From Pseudomonadota bacterium (GTDB lineage Bacteria; Bdellovibrionota_C; UBA2361; OMII01): 64,000 nt of DNA. A program made the translations under genes and the position numbers. The stretch covers positions 1 to 64,000 of the forward strand of contig JAYPVM010000012.1 of NCBI GenBank assembly GCA_038134595.1, in the 5' to 3' direction. The notes beneath the pieces were generated by a model. That model did not search any database. It was not told the DNA's origin and saw only the letters and a program-made list of their open reading frames with translations. This document shows, piece after piece, positions 49,418 to 60,048 of this stretch. Each line of letters starts with the position of its first letter. Positions within the stretch are counted from its first letter, which is position 1.

Positions 49418-50818
49418 CTAATGTCCCCGCAAACCCTGATACACCTCCACTGTCTTTGTTGCCGATACTTCCCAGTGCAAATCAGACAATTCCTGCTTCG
49501 CGGCAGAGGCCATTTCAAGTCTTAACTCGGGATACGTCAATGCGTGGACCATCAACTCAGACATCCTGTCAGTATCCCAAAAATCAGTCTTCAAGGCGTG
49601 AGAAATAACCTCTGAAACTCCGGACTGTTTCGACAAAATTACGGGAACATCGAAACTAACCGCCTCTAGAGCACTTAATCCAAAGGGCTCAGAAACCGAT
49701 GGCATCACATACAGATCAGCTACCGATAAAAGCTCTTCGAGCTCTTCTCCTTGCACAAATCCCGGAAAAAGAAATGAATCTTCAATGCCAAGCTGTTTCA
49801 CCCTCTCTTGAACCGCGCCAAGCATGTCCCCAGCTCCAGCCATAACAAACAGGGTGTCTCTTATGTGCGGCAATGCCTTTGCCGCAGCTTCAACAAAATA
49901 TTCTGGGCCTTTTTGATATGTAATTCGACCCAAAAACAAAACAACATGGCTAGGCCATGTCTTTCTATTCTTGTACTCATTAACGACCTGCAAAGGGTAG
50001 ATTCCGTTATGAACCACCGCGATATTTCTCGAAGCGATAGCGTGTCTTCGCTCAATCATTCGCTTTGTGTAGTGACTCACTGCCACAATCCTCGTTGCAG
50101 ATTTTAAACCAAACTCTTCGATAGCATGTATCGTTTCATCGTAAAAAATACCACTTCGATCTTGTTCCAAACTGTGTACGTGCGCAACAAAGGGCTTGCC
50201 AGTAGCCTGTGCGAGCGCAACTGCTGCTGGAAAGGTCATCCAATCATGCGCATGAATAAGATCAAACGTCTCACTTCTAAATCGTTGGACTACATCTGCG
50301 GTAAACCGCTCCACTTCGGAGAAGATATGTGCGCCGTAGCGATTTTCCACCCCGCTATCTCGATCGTCATCCTGCTTATCGATACGTACTGGAAGCACAC
50401 TTTCAAGCGCTACTCCATACACAGACCCCTCCGCTACGGCCTTCACTACTGCATTATCACGAAGAGAGGTTGGAATACCCGCTTGACCTTGACGCTCCAT
50501 TGCGTCCATCGCATTCTGAAACGCCTCTTGACTCCAATACGGCTTTAGAAACGCTGAAACCCGCGTGGTTTGCTGAACACCTGCGGGAGATGAAGCGCTA
50601 CAATCGCTGTCGCACTTGGATACATCTGACAAACCCTTTGAATCGGTCATTGTCATATGATGTGCATTCTCCCCACCAAACATCTGAGGAACTACAAAAT
50701 GAATATCTATATCTTTCTCGGCCAAGGCTGAGGTGAGTCCTTTACAGGCAGTGCCCAATCCTCCTGCGATATGAGGGGGATATTCCCATCCTAGCATTAA
50801 GACTTTTAGTTTTTTCAT
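49418..50818 (-). CDS. GT4 glycosyltransferase (glycogen/alpha-glucan synthase-like)
   Basis: 'LMLGWEYPPHIAGGLG', 'HAHDW', 'MPSVSEPFG'. Start placed at MKKLKV. Confidence 0.9.
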   Translation of the reverse strand: MKKLKVLMLGWEYPPHIAGGLGTACKGLTSALAEKDIDIHFVVPQMFGGENAHHMTMTDSKGLSDVSKCDSDCSASSPAGVQQTTRVSAFLKPYWSQEAFQNAMDAMERQGQAGIPTSLRDNAVVKAVAEGSVYGVALESVLPVRIDKQDDDRDSGVENRYGAHIFSEVERFTADVVQRFRSETFDLIHAHDWMTFPAAVALAQATGKPFVAHVHSLEQDRSGIFYDETIHAIEEFGLKSATRIVAVSHYTKRMIERRHAIASRNIAVVHNGIYPLQVVNEYKNRKTWPSHVVLFLGRITYQKGPEYFVEAAAKALPHIRDTLFVMAGAGDMLGAVQERVKQLGIEDSFLFPGFVQGEELEELLSVADLYVMPSVSEPFGLSALEAVSFDVPVILSKQSGVSEVISHALKTDFWDTDRMSELMVHALTYPELRLEMASAAKQELSDLHWEVSATKTVEVYQGLRGH

Positions 50819-51120
50819 CGATGGTAGCGACTGTATACTGGAGGGGGTACATTTGCTAGTCGGTCTCCTACGGCATGAAGCGCGTATTGCCCGTAGCTTC
50901 CTCCCCTCTTGCGTTGCCACTATAAAACCGGTCACATAATATGTCCATGAAATGGCGCATATAGAGTGTAAAAAGGGGCTTTTCTTTTGTCCCTTTCGGG
51001 GGTACTACATAAACAAACATCGTGTGGTTATATTGCGATTCGCGCAAATCTTGTGGCGGCACTAAAGAGCCCCAAAAGCCCACCGTATGCTTTACCGATA
51101 ACCAAGAGGGAGTTCTATAT

Positions 51121-52113
51121 ATGATTATTGCTGGAGATATCGGGGGAACCAAGGCACGAATCGGACTTTATGAACGTCGCGCAGGAAAGGTAGAGTTAGT
51201 GCTCTCTGACCAATACGCAAGTAAAGACTATCCAAGCCTCGAAGACATCCTTCAAACGTTTCTCGACTCTCATCGAAACGCTATCAAGGGTCGCCTTGAA
51301 GCGGCTTGCTTCGGCCTACCGGGACCGGTCATAAACGGTACTATCAAGGTGACAAACCTTCCGTGGGAGGTTGTTCAGAGCAAGATAGGTGCAAACATTG
51401 GAGTGACAAAAACTAAGCTAGTAAACGATCTGGTTAGTACTGCCGCCGCTATTCCTTTATTTGAGCCATCTAGCTTAATATCTCTCTACACCCCGAAAGG
51501 AGAGTCCGACACAGCCGCTTCATGCGCTGTTGTTGCTCCTGGCACCGGCATCGGACACTCGCTAATACATCGCGAAGCAGGCTGGAGTGTCCTTCTCGCA
51601 TCAGAGGGTGGTCACGCTAATTTTGCTCCTACAAATGAACTCGAGATCGAGCTTCTTCAGTATTTACTCACCCGACTAGCCCACGTAAGTGTTGAATCGG
51701 TACTCTGTGGCCCGGGAATCGTGAATATATATTCGTTTCTTAAAGACACTGGCCACGGCACGCCCCTGCCAGAGGATGAAGAACCGGGAGCAGCTCCCGT
51801 TTCAGCTTCTGTTATCGCCAACCGCGCTCTCAATGGCTCGCACGACCTTTCGAGCAAGACCATGGACATGTTCTCCTCGATGCTCGGCGCTCACTGTAGC
51901 AACATTGCATTTACCTTTCTGGCAACTGGAGGTATTTATTTAGGCGGTGGCATTCCTCCAAAGATAGCTCCAATTCTTAATAATGGTAGCTTTGCGAAAG
52001 GATACCTCCAAAAACACAAACAAAAGGAGATGATCGAAGCAACGCCCGTATTTATAATTAGCGATGATTATGCTGCTCTACACGGGTCAGCGGCCATTGC
52101 TTCGACGCTATAG
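51121..52113 (+). CDS. glk: Glucokinase
   Basis: 'IAGDIGGTK', 'LVNDL', 'GTGIG', 'SEGGH', 'YLGGGI'. Confidence 0.93.
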   Translation: MIIAGDIGGTKARIGLYERRAGKVELVLSDQYASKDYPSLEDILQTFLDSHRNAIKGRLEAACFGLPGPVINGTIKVTNLPWEVVQSKIGANIGVTKTKLVNDLVSTAAAIPLFEPSSLISLYTPKGESDTAASCAVVAPGTGIGHSLIHREAGWSVLLASEGGHANFAPTNELEIELLQYLLTRLAHVSVESVLCGPGIVNIYSFLKDTGHGTPLPEDEEPGAAPVSASVIANRALNGSHDLSSKTMDMFSSMLGAHCSNIAFTFLATGGIYLGGGIPPKIAPILNNGSFAKGYLQKHKQKEMIEATPVFIISDDYAALHGSAAIASTL

Positions 52114-52152
52114 AAAGGCGCCTCTCTCGTAAAAGGTTCGAGCACTCGAGTA

Positions 52153-52875
52153 TTATTTACTGTGTCTTGCGGCTCGAAGATTTAGCATTTCCACTGCCAG
52201 AGAAAATGCCATGGCAAAATATATATACCCCTTCTGGATGTGATGCCCCATACCATCGAGCACTAACACAAATCCAATCATCAGCAGAAACGACAGTGCT
52301 AACATCTTCACCGTTGGATTCTTTTCGATAAACGCGACGATCCTGCCTGAAAAGATTAGCATAACCCCAACGGCAAGAATAACCGCTGTGGCCATCACAG
52401 GCAGGTTATCGGTCATACCTACAGCGGTAACAACTGAATCAAGCGAGAATATAATGTCTATTGCGACTATCTGCGCAATCACTGACCGCATACTAATCTG
52501 CTTCTGCTCACGGCTATTCTCAAGCGAAGTATCGTCACCATCTGTTTTCTCGTGAATTTCTTTGGTCGCCTTGTAAATTAAAAACATCCCACCCATGAGC
52601 AATATCAGATCTCGTCCGCTCGTGGAGTGTCCAAACAATTCAAACAATGGCGTCGTAAGGGAAGCTAAAAAGGACAAGGTCACCAAGAGCATCAGCCGCG
52701 TCAGAACCGCTACTGAGAGGCCAAGAAGTCGTGCTGTAGGCTCTCTTTCCGCCCCAAGACGAGAGGCTACAATCGCAATAAATACAATATTATCAATACC
52801 CAGAACAACTTCTAACGACGTCAGTGATAGGAGGGCAATCCCGTTTTCAACAGTGAAAAGATCCATTACATACAC
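52153..52875 (-). CDS. TerC family membrane protein
   Basis: 'LEVVLGIDN', 'DIIFSLDSVVTAVG', 'KGYIYFAM'. Confidence 0.93.
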   Translation of the reverse strand: MYVMDLFTVENGIALLSLTSLEVVLGIDNIVFIAIVASRLGAEREPTARLLGLSVAVLTRLMLLVTLSFLASLTTPLFELFGHSTSGRDLILLMGGMFLIYKATKEIHEKTDGDDTSLENSREQKQISMRSVIAQIVAIDIIFSLDSVVTAVGMTDNLPVMATAVILAVGVMLIFSGRIVAFIEKNPTVKMLALSFLLMIGFVLVLDGMGHHIQKGYIYFAMAFSLAVEMLNLRAARHSK

Positions 52876-53750
52876 TCCTTACCACCTGAAATATTCACAG
52901 TAGCCTCGACCCTATGAATTTCTCCCACCTGATTATCTTCGATAAATTGTGGCGCCAAATGCCACCACCATGACTGTTTTGTGTGCCCCACGTAGCTAGA
53001 GTTATACAACTCTTGTGCGCCAGCAAACAATGCCGATTCCACATCCCAGTTGGGCGAGTCGACGTTATAAAAATAATACTCCGTATCTGTTACAAGCGCA
53101 TTCCAAGAACGAGAATTTTTCATAACACCTCGAAGGTGCGCAGTTTGTAATACATCCATAGAGTCACACAATGCTTGCCATACACTCTGTCCCCATACCG
53201 GATGCATTCGCATAACTCGATCCCGCCAGTAGAGGGGTATCTGACTAAGGATGTTGAGCGAGATGCATCCATCAAAATCAAATTCACTCCATCGGGGAAT
53301 AGGTGCTTGCAGTTGCCGTAAACAACTCTCTAGCTCCTCTTGAGAAGAAGCATCTCGTACCACGGCGGTCCAAGATGCCAAGCAGTTTGTTATCTCGACA
53401 CAACGACCGAACAACATCTTTCCATAATGCTCAGGGTATCGCTTTTTCCACGTTCGCTCACATGCCGGATCGGCGTCAAATAGATAAACTTCCTGACAGC
53501 GATCAAGCAGTAGATCAAGGTCAATATCAAGCAGTCGCCCTGCTCCCAACACAGCCACTCGCCCTAGATTTTGAGGGAGATTCTCGTTTAGAAACAAGCG
53601 AGAACACGAAAGATGTGGCGCCCACCATTGGCGACAACGGGCATGTCGAGCCGTAATCGCCCTTCCCATGACGGCAAAATCTCTGTGCTGAATACGCGTC
53701 CGTATACGAGAAAGCATGCCTTGCGTCCCTAAAAACCGGGGAAATCCCAT
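52866..53750 (-). CDS. Hypothetical protein with Rossmann/SAM-MTase-like motifs
   Basis: 'VAVLGAGRLLD', 'VYLFD', 'SLNILSQ'. Start uncertain. Confidence 0.6.
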   Translation of the reverse strand: MGFPRFLGTQGMLSRIRTRIQHRDFAVMGRAITARHARCRQWWAPHLSCSRLFLNENLPQNLGRVAVLGAGRLLDIDLDLLLDRCQEVYLFDADPACERTWKKRYPEHYGKMLFGRCVEITNCLASWTAVVRDASSQEELESCLRQLQAPIPRWSEFDFDGCISLNILSQIPLYWRDRVMRMHPVWGQSVWQALCDSMDVLQTAHLRGVMKNSRSWNALVTDTEYYFYNVDSPNWDVESALFAGAQELYNSSYVGHTKQSWWWHLAPQFIEDNQVGEIHRVEATVNISGGKECM

Positions 53751-53976
53751 TTCAAGGCTCCCCTGATAAACCTCAATCGTCTCATACCTTAAGACTCGCC
53801 AATGTCGACGACAGTTTCGTGCAATCACATCCACGGTGTCTACTCACGAAAGTCGATCAAGCAATGACTCCGTAACGTTGAGTAATAGCAAAACCTTCGA
53901 TACACTCGTCGAGCACAGTAGAGCCTAGCTCCACAACGGCGTTTAAAACACAACGGTAGGGTCTTAGGCCAGCACT

Positions 53977-54642
53977 ATGGGAACCTGGAAAAATCAATAT
54001 ATTGAGCTAGTTGAGAGCAAGCCTGACTTTATCGTCGCAGAAAACGATCGGGAAACACCCGAAGCGTCAAAACATGCCATCGATCAACAAAAAGCAACCT
54101 TTGCCGGTATCTATGTTGAAATAGGGTCTGGCTCGGGAATGCATCTGTTAAAACTAGCCCAACAAAACCCGAATATTCTCTGTATCGGTTTAGAAATCAG
54201 ATTTAAACGCGCGTTTAAAACAGGCGAAAAGGCTGAGAAGACTGGATTACGCAACGTACTGGTTCTGAGAACGGATGCGAGATTCCTCAATCATCTCTTC
54301 GAACGGGGTGAGGTATCGGGCATATTCGTTAACTATCCTGATCCGTGGGACAAACGCCGCTGGCGAAAAAACAGGATCCTCAATCAAGAGATGCTACGCA
54401 TCATGCACGGTTTATTAGCGCCAAATGGATTCCTTCGCTACAAAACCGACCATGCAGAGTATTTTCGCTCTACTGCCGAGTTACTAAATCAAGAAGCTAA
54501 TTGGAATACTACCAAGTATACCGAGGACCTTGTATCAAGCTCCTGGATGGAAGAAAATATCCCGACTGAGTTCGAAGGTTTGTTTCGGTCTCAAAACAAA
54601 CCCCTTCACCTGCTCGAAGCAACTCCCCTCGGTAACATCTGA
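53977..54642 (+). CDS. trmB: tRNA (guanine-N7)-methyltransferase
   Basis: 'VEIGSGSG', 'YPDPW', 'KTD', 'TEFE'. Confidence 0.92.
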   Translation: MGTWKNQYIELVESKPDFIVAENDRETPEASKHAIDQQKATFAGIYVEIGSGSGMHLLKLAQQNPNILCIGLEIRFKRAFKTGEKAEKTGLRNVLVLRTDARFLNHLFERGEVSGIFVNYPDPWDKRRWRKNRILNQEMLRIMHGLLAPNGFLRYKTDHAEYFRSTAELLNQEANWNTTKYTEDLVSSSWMEENIPTEFEGLFRSQNKPLHLLEATPLGNI

Positions 54643-54672
54643 CTAGAATACTGCGTACTGGATACTCTCACA

Positions 54673-55182
54673 CTAGAGACTGGCAAGCGCACTCTTAATT
54701 CGCTCAAAGGTCTCATCTTCAGTACCTGAAACGGGGATAACCTTTACCGGCTCATCTGCATCAGGCCTCTCGAGCGTCTCAAATTGACTTCCAAGAAGTG
54801 ACACGGGCATATACTCGTGTTGTCTCGCGTTAACCCTCTCTCGAATTACTTCTTCGGGTGCATCCAGAAAGAAAAAGACAACTTTATCTTCAGCACCTTC
54901 AAGCAACCGCTCGCGGTATACTTTACGCAATGCAGAGCATGTCATCACAATTGTTTTATCTCCCGATTCTCGAATTGCCCCATTTAGCTTTTCCAACCAG
55001 GGCCACCTATCTTCATCGGTTAACGGAATCCCGGCGCGCATCTTCTCCTTCATCTCAATGGGATGAAACATGTCTGCTTCAAATACCGAATCGCACCCAA
55101 GGTACTGCGCCGTTCGCTCGGCCAATGTTGTCTTTCCACAGCCGCATACTCCCATAAATACAATCTTCATATCTGCTCGCAT
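54673..55182 (-). CDS. gntK: Gluconokinase
   Basis: 'MGVCGCGKTT', 'PLTDEDRWPWL', 'CSALRKVYR', 'SQFETLE'. Confidence 0.93.
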   Translation of the reverse strand: MRADMKIVFMGVCGCGKTTLAERTAQYLGCDSVFEADMFHPIEMKEKMRAGIPLTDEDRWPWLEKLNGAIRESGDKTIVMTCSALRKVYRERLLEGAEDKVVFFFLDAPEEVIRERVNARQHEYMPVSLLGSQFETLERPDADEPVKVIPVSGTEDETFERIKSALASL

Positions 55183-55556
55183 AGGTACCTACTTCCCTAC
55201 TTTACTTTTAACCGTATCGGGGCGCTCGAGAACTCAGCCAAACCCCATCCTTGATGGTATACCCCACATTATTTCAATTATCTAGCCTATCTATTGCGGA
55301 GGGGTGTAGTTAGGAACAGAAATGATGTGATGAAGCATCTTATTCCCATAGGGACTCTGTTCTCAAAGAACACGTCTGAGGAGGGTATAAGCAAGGTATC
55401 TTCAAATAGTTACACTAGCCAAAGCCTTCCGTCGTTTTAAACCATCGGACCAAATCTACAACAGAGACGTAGAGAGTGCATCGTTGTACCCCTAGCACAT
55501 AGAGAAACAGCTCAAATGCTCGCTCCCAAACGCACTCAAAAGAGGGACTAAAACGT

Positions 55557-56312
55557 ATGATACAGCTCCATAACCTCTCAAAGCATTACCGGGATTGCAA
55601 AGCTGTCGACAATATATCTCTCCAAATCCCTAAGGGATCTATCTTTGGCTTTCTTGGTATGAACGGAGCCGGAAAAACCTCCACCATCAAAATGATGACC
55701 GGAATCCTCCGTCCTACCACTGGAACAGTTACAATTGCAGGCCACTGTTTGGCAAAAGAACCTTCGAAAGCAAAGGCCGCTATTGGCTATGTGCCAGATA
55801 GACCGTATGTCTATCCAAAACTCAGTGGGCGGGAGTACCTATACTTCATGTGCGACCTTTATAACGTAGCTGTGAAAGAGGTCGACACGCGTATAGATAG
55901 CGTTCTAGACGAGTACGGTATGGCTCAATATCAGCACAACCTCATCGAAAGCTATTCCCATGGTATGAAGCAACGTATCGCCTTCTGTGGAGCACTCGTC
56001 CACAAGCCTACAGTGCTCATCGTCGATGAACCCATGGTAGGACTTGATCCCCATGGAGCAAAGACGTTGAAATCAGCTCTTAAAAGAGAGGCTAACGCCG
56101 GGACGACAGTTTTCTTATCGACACATTCCCTTCACGTTGCAGAGGAGCTCGCCGACACAATCGCAATTCTTCACAAGGGAAAGATTATCATAAGTGGCTC
56201 GTTTCAGGAGATTCAAAGGATGAGTCAGCGCGGTCATGAACACCTAGAAGAGATCTTTATTGAGCTTACCTCCCAAGCTTCGCCGTATGAGATGTATGCA
56301 GGAGGAATCTGA
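55557..56312 (+). CDS. ABC transporter ATP-binding protein
   Basis: 'GMNGAGKTS', 'YSHGMKQR', 'DEPMVGLDP'. Confidence 0.93.
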   Translation: MIQLHNLSKHYRDCKAVDNISLQIPKGSIFGFLGMNGAGKTSTIKMMTGILRPTTGTVTIAGHCLAKEPSKAKAAIGYVPDRPYVYPKLSGREYLYFMCDLYNVAVKEVDTRIDSVLDEYGMAQYQHNLIESYSHGMKQRIAFCGALVHKPTVLIVDEPMVGLDPHGAKTLKSALKREANAGTTVFLSTHSLHVAEELADTIAILHKGKIIISGSFQEIQRMSQRGHEHLEEIFIELTSQASPYEMYAGGI

Positions 56313-58024
56313 TGCACTTGGCATACCGAAGCATACGAGCCTGTGCTCCCCTCGTCTCGCTTCCAAAGGTTATATCGCTGAAAAATCGCTTTTTTCGCGC
56401 CAGCACCTCTCTCTTTGGAGACTGGGCCGTCTTTGCCGTAACACTTATCTTGATAGCAGGATTCTACCTCTGCTCCCTTCATACATTAGCAGAATGGCAA
56501 ACCAGTCCTGTCTATCAAGCAAACATTCCCCTCCTCGTTGGGACCCTCGTGTGTGCCGTAGGAATACTTGTGATCATCTCCTCGGCTGTAACGAGCATCG
56601 GCTCTCTTTTACTATCTCAGGATATGGAGCTTCTTCTGTCCGCTCCGATTCGGACATCTAAAATTGTCGGCGGAAAACTCTCGGAAGTTGCCTTAGCCAC
56701 TTCATGGATGCTTCTTTTATTCCTGGTTCCTCCGTTTATAGCAGTTGGAAACTACTGGGGAGCGCCGAGTGAATATTACGCGTTATCGATCGTATTCTTT
56801 GTCGCAACAGTGTGGTTCTCAGCCGCTATCGGAATGATCATAGCGCTTCTTTTTTGCTCTATCATTTCTGCCAAAACTGGAAGAGCTATCTTAGCAGTGA
56901 TGTTTGTTGGCACACTGATAGTTATAACTATTTTAAGCAATCCCGGTCACGACGTCGGTGTGTTTTCACTTCTCTCTTCAACAGCTCATACATCTCATAT
57001 AGAGATGGTAAAACAATATCCCTATCTACCGGCAGTCTGGATTGGTCGAGCCTTACGTCAATTACTAAACGGCAGCACTTCCCCTATTCTGCTCATCATA
57101 GCCATTATCTTCCTCTTAAACATTGCACTAACAACCGGCCTTAACTGGCTCTATACCAAACTGTATTCCCGAGCCTATACGCATCTTCAAAACTCCTCTA
57201 GCGGCGAAATTTCTCTAAGGCTGCCACGATCCTTTGATAGAAAACTTTTCTTCAAGTGGATGAGTCGGCCCCGCTTCGCTCTCATTACACGTGAGTTTTT
57301 TTCTTTTAGTCGCGATCTGACTCAAACAATTCAAATGGGAATGCTGTTATCGATCTGCATCCTGTATCTCTTCAATATTGGCCGGCTTGAATACCCCAGC
57401 AATGTTGGAGTAACCATGCTTCAAGCATGGGATGTTATTACGGTGCTTTTGTGCTTTCTCTTAAGCTCTCTCATAACGCTCTCAATATGTTCTCGATTCG
57501 TTTTTCCGTCTATTTCTCTAGAAGGAAAAACCCTATGGATTTTACAATCCTCTCCACTCTCATCCTCGGAGATATTACGTGCAAAGTATCTCGCTTGGCT
57601 TGTGCCGACTGCGCTAATCGGCATGGTTATATTTATGTCAGGAGGATTCGCTCTCGGACTCCCTCCCATTATCCTTCTCCTATTAGTTGTAATGGGTCTG
57701 ATTATTACCAGAACGCTTGTTGCCCTTGCTATCGGCATGGGAACTCGCTTTGCATTCTTTGAGTGGGAACACCCCACACAACTTGCCACCACAGTGGGTA
57801 ACTTCTTGTTTCTAAGCTCGGGGGTCGCCATTGTGGGAATCCAAACTAGTATCGCAGCCATGGTGTTCGGCGCCTACTATTTCCTTCCAGAGCTCTTTAA
57901 TACACCCATTCACCGCAGCATCCTCTTTGCATTCGGGATCGCGTCGCTACTTGTAGTGCATACGTTTACCGCAAAGGTAGCTTTGCGTATTGGAATCCGC
58001 GCCCTCGATAATCTCTATGAATGA
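56312..58024 (+). CDS. Putative ABC transporter permease
   Basis: Many TM helices; 'RFVFPSISLEG'; coupled to the ATPase gene. Confidence 0.85.
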   Translation: MHLAYRSIRACAPLVSLPKVISLKNRFFRASTSLFGDWAVFAVTLILIAGFYLCSLHTLAEWQTSPVYQANIPLLVGTLVCAVGILVIISSAVTSIGSLLLSQDMELLLSAPIRTSKIVGGKLSEVALATSWMLLLFLVPPFIAVGNYWGAPSEYYALSIVFFVATVWFSAAIGMIIALLFCSIISAKTGRAILAVMFVGTLIVITILSNPGHDVGVFSLLSSTAHTSHIEMVKQYPYLPAVWIGRALRQLLNGSTSPILLIIAIIFLLNIALTTGLNWLYTKLYSRAYTHLQNSSSGEISLRLPRSFDRKLFFKWMSRPRFALITREFFSFSRDLTQTIQMGMLLSICILYLFNIGRLEYPSNVGVTMLQAWDVITVLLCFLLSSLITLSICSRFVFPSISLEGKTLWILQSSPLSSSEILRAKYLAWLVPTALIGMVIFMSGGFALGLPPIILLLLVVMGLIITRTLVALAIGMGTRFAFFEWEHPTQLATTVGNFLFLSSGVAIVGIQTSIAAMVFGAYYFLPELFNTPIHRSILFAFGIASLLVVHTFTAKVALRIGIRALDNLYE

Positions 58025-58100
58025 TCGAATGCTACTCGTGTGAACATTGCCTCCGGCTACATCTTTGTGTCATTCTTGAGTGGTCACATGATTTCACGCA

Positions 58101-59183
58101 ATGCTTATGAAACCCGCAGCCATCGTTCGAACCTCGAATCGCCTCAACCTTGACTACAAACGTGAAGCATCACAGTTTCCGTCCCTACAAGGGGGCATTA
58201 TCGATATCCATTCGCATCTTGAAGGAAAACAAGCTACAACGCTCTACGCTGAGGCTGCAAAACATTATGGAATCTCGAAAACGTATTCGATGACCGCCCT
58301 TCATGAAATCCCCACGGTTCGCTCCGTCTTACACGAGGCAGTTTCATTTATCGCCATTCCAAATTTTCGCGCTGGTGATATCACACAAAGCTTTGGGCCT
58401 GAGTTTGTTTCGCAACTTCCCTCATTTCAAAAACATGGGGCTAGAATTGCTAAGTTTTGGAATGCCCCGAGGATATACGAAGCTTCAAACGAGCCGTTTC
58501 ACCAAAGTCCATTAAGAATTAACTCACCGCTTCGCAAGGACACCATGAAATGCGCCGCTGATTTGGGCATGTGCTTTATGGCTCATATTGCTGACCCAGA
58601 CACGTGGTTTTCGACAAAATACAAAGATGCTCAGCGATACGGAACAAAGCAGGAGCAGTATGAGTTATTTGAAGACGTGTTATCGGAATTCCAAGTGCCT
58701 TGGATAGCAGCTCATATGGGTGGCTATCCGGAAGATTTGCAGTTCTTAAGTAAACTTTTGTCTCGTAACAAAAACCTCTACCTGGACTGTAGTGCTACAA
58801 AGTGGATTGTGCGAGAGCTAAGCAAACATCCGCTCGAAGACGTTCGAGATTTTTTCACGAAATGGGAGGGGCGACTTCTGTTTGGCTCAGACATAGTAGC
58901 TCGTGAATCGCACCTATCAAACGCATCAAGTCAAAACGAAATGGACTCCAAAGCCTCCTCTACAATAGAAGCATTCGACCTCTATGCCTCACGTTATTGG
59001 GCTCTTCGAACTCTCCTTGAAACAGGCTATGTAGGTGAGTCACCAATTTCAGATCCAGACCTTCACCTTGTCGATGCAGATACATACACCCCGTCGGATG
59101 CTCCGATGCTACGAGGTGTCGCTCTCGCGGCAGAAACACTACAAAAATTATATAGAACGACCGCGGAAGAACTAGGTATGTGA
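58101..59183 (+). CDS. Amidohydrolase family protein
   Basis: 'IDIHSH', 'AHMGG', 'LFGSD'. Confidence 0.85.
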   Translation: MLMKPAAIVRTSNRLNLDYKREASQFPSLQGGIIDIHSHLEGKQATTLYAEAAKHYGISKTYSMTALHEIPTVRSVLHEAVSFIAIPNFRAGDITQSFGPEFVSQLPSFQKHGARIAKFWNAPRIYEASNEPFHQSPLRINSPLRKDTMKCAADLGMCFMAHIADPDTWFSTKYKDAQRYGTKQEQYELFEDVLSEFQVPWIAAHMGGYPEDLQFLSKLLSRNKNLYLDCSATKWIVRELSKHPLEDVRDFFTKWEGRLLFGSDIVARESHLSNASSQNEMDSKASSTIEAFDLYASRYWALRTLLETGYVGESPISDPDLHLVDADTYTPSDAPMLRGVALAAETLQKLYRTTAEELGM

Positions 59184-59242
59184 TACGGCATCCCGCACTT
59201 TATCCATCCCACAGCTTTTGGGGCACATCTTAGTGGGCGTAC

Positions 59243-59785
59243 CTAGTATACTGAGCCACTCTGACACTCACGCAAGGTATCTTGTGCATCTTCTAATCTA
59301 GACTCTGCAATAGCCACTCTCTCTTGCGCGGTCGTTATCCGCTGAGCACTTCGGTAAAGATAACCTTGTGCATATGTGGCATACGAATTGTATCGAGCTA
59401 CTGCACTGTTTACCCGATACTGCGCCTGTAGACTTCTGTTTCTGGCCGCATATACTGCCGAACCAATACAGCTACTGCTTCTCCAAAAAAACAATGTGCG
59501 AACGATACAACGAGCGGTATTGCCAGCAGATAGGCTGTTTACTCTACTTAAATTATAACGAGCCAAATCAATCTGGTACTGGTAGGCATTTAGCCTCCTG
59601 CTTACCATATCCTGTGTTCGGTAATACGAATCTTGAGCCTGATTTACATTCGACTGGGCTCGTGACACCTCTGATGATGCGCGAGAAACGTTGTACTCCT
59701 CGTAACGACACGAGTTCGCAAATGCTGTTTCCTGAACAGCGAGCAAACTCATAAGACTTACAATAGAAAAGAGAACTCTGGTCAT
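59243..59785 (-). CDS. Secreted coiled-coil hypothetical protein
   Basis: Signal peptide ending 'AFA'; heptad-like helices; 4 Cys. Confidence 0.65.
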   Translation of the reverse strand: MTRVLFSIVSLMSLLAVQETAFANSCRYEEYNVSRASSEVSRAQSNVNQAQDSYYRTQDMVSRRLNAYQYQIDLARYNLSRVNSLSAGNTARCIVRTLFFWRSSSCIGSAVYAARNRSLQAQYRVNSAVARYNSYATYAQGYLYRSAQRITTAQERVAIAESRLEDAQDTLRECQSGSVY

Positions 59786-60048
59786 GGCGGTTTCTCCAGA
59801 TTTTTAAATGTCACAAAACATAAGTAGTAAAACACGGGTATAGTACCAAAACACTCTGACTAATCAATTGTGAATCTAATTCTCCTAATTTCAGTATGTT
59901 ACATAACTACTCTTGCCCTCTCACTCAAGATTCCCCCCTCGCGGTACCTAATAGTGGTACGGTTACCACTGAGCAATTTGGTATACTTAAATGAAGCGGC
60001 ATGAAGCGTCGCAGCTAGAGCCACAATGAACCAATCAAGGATTACGTC

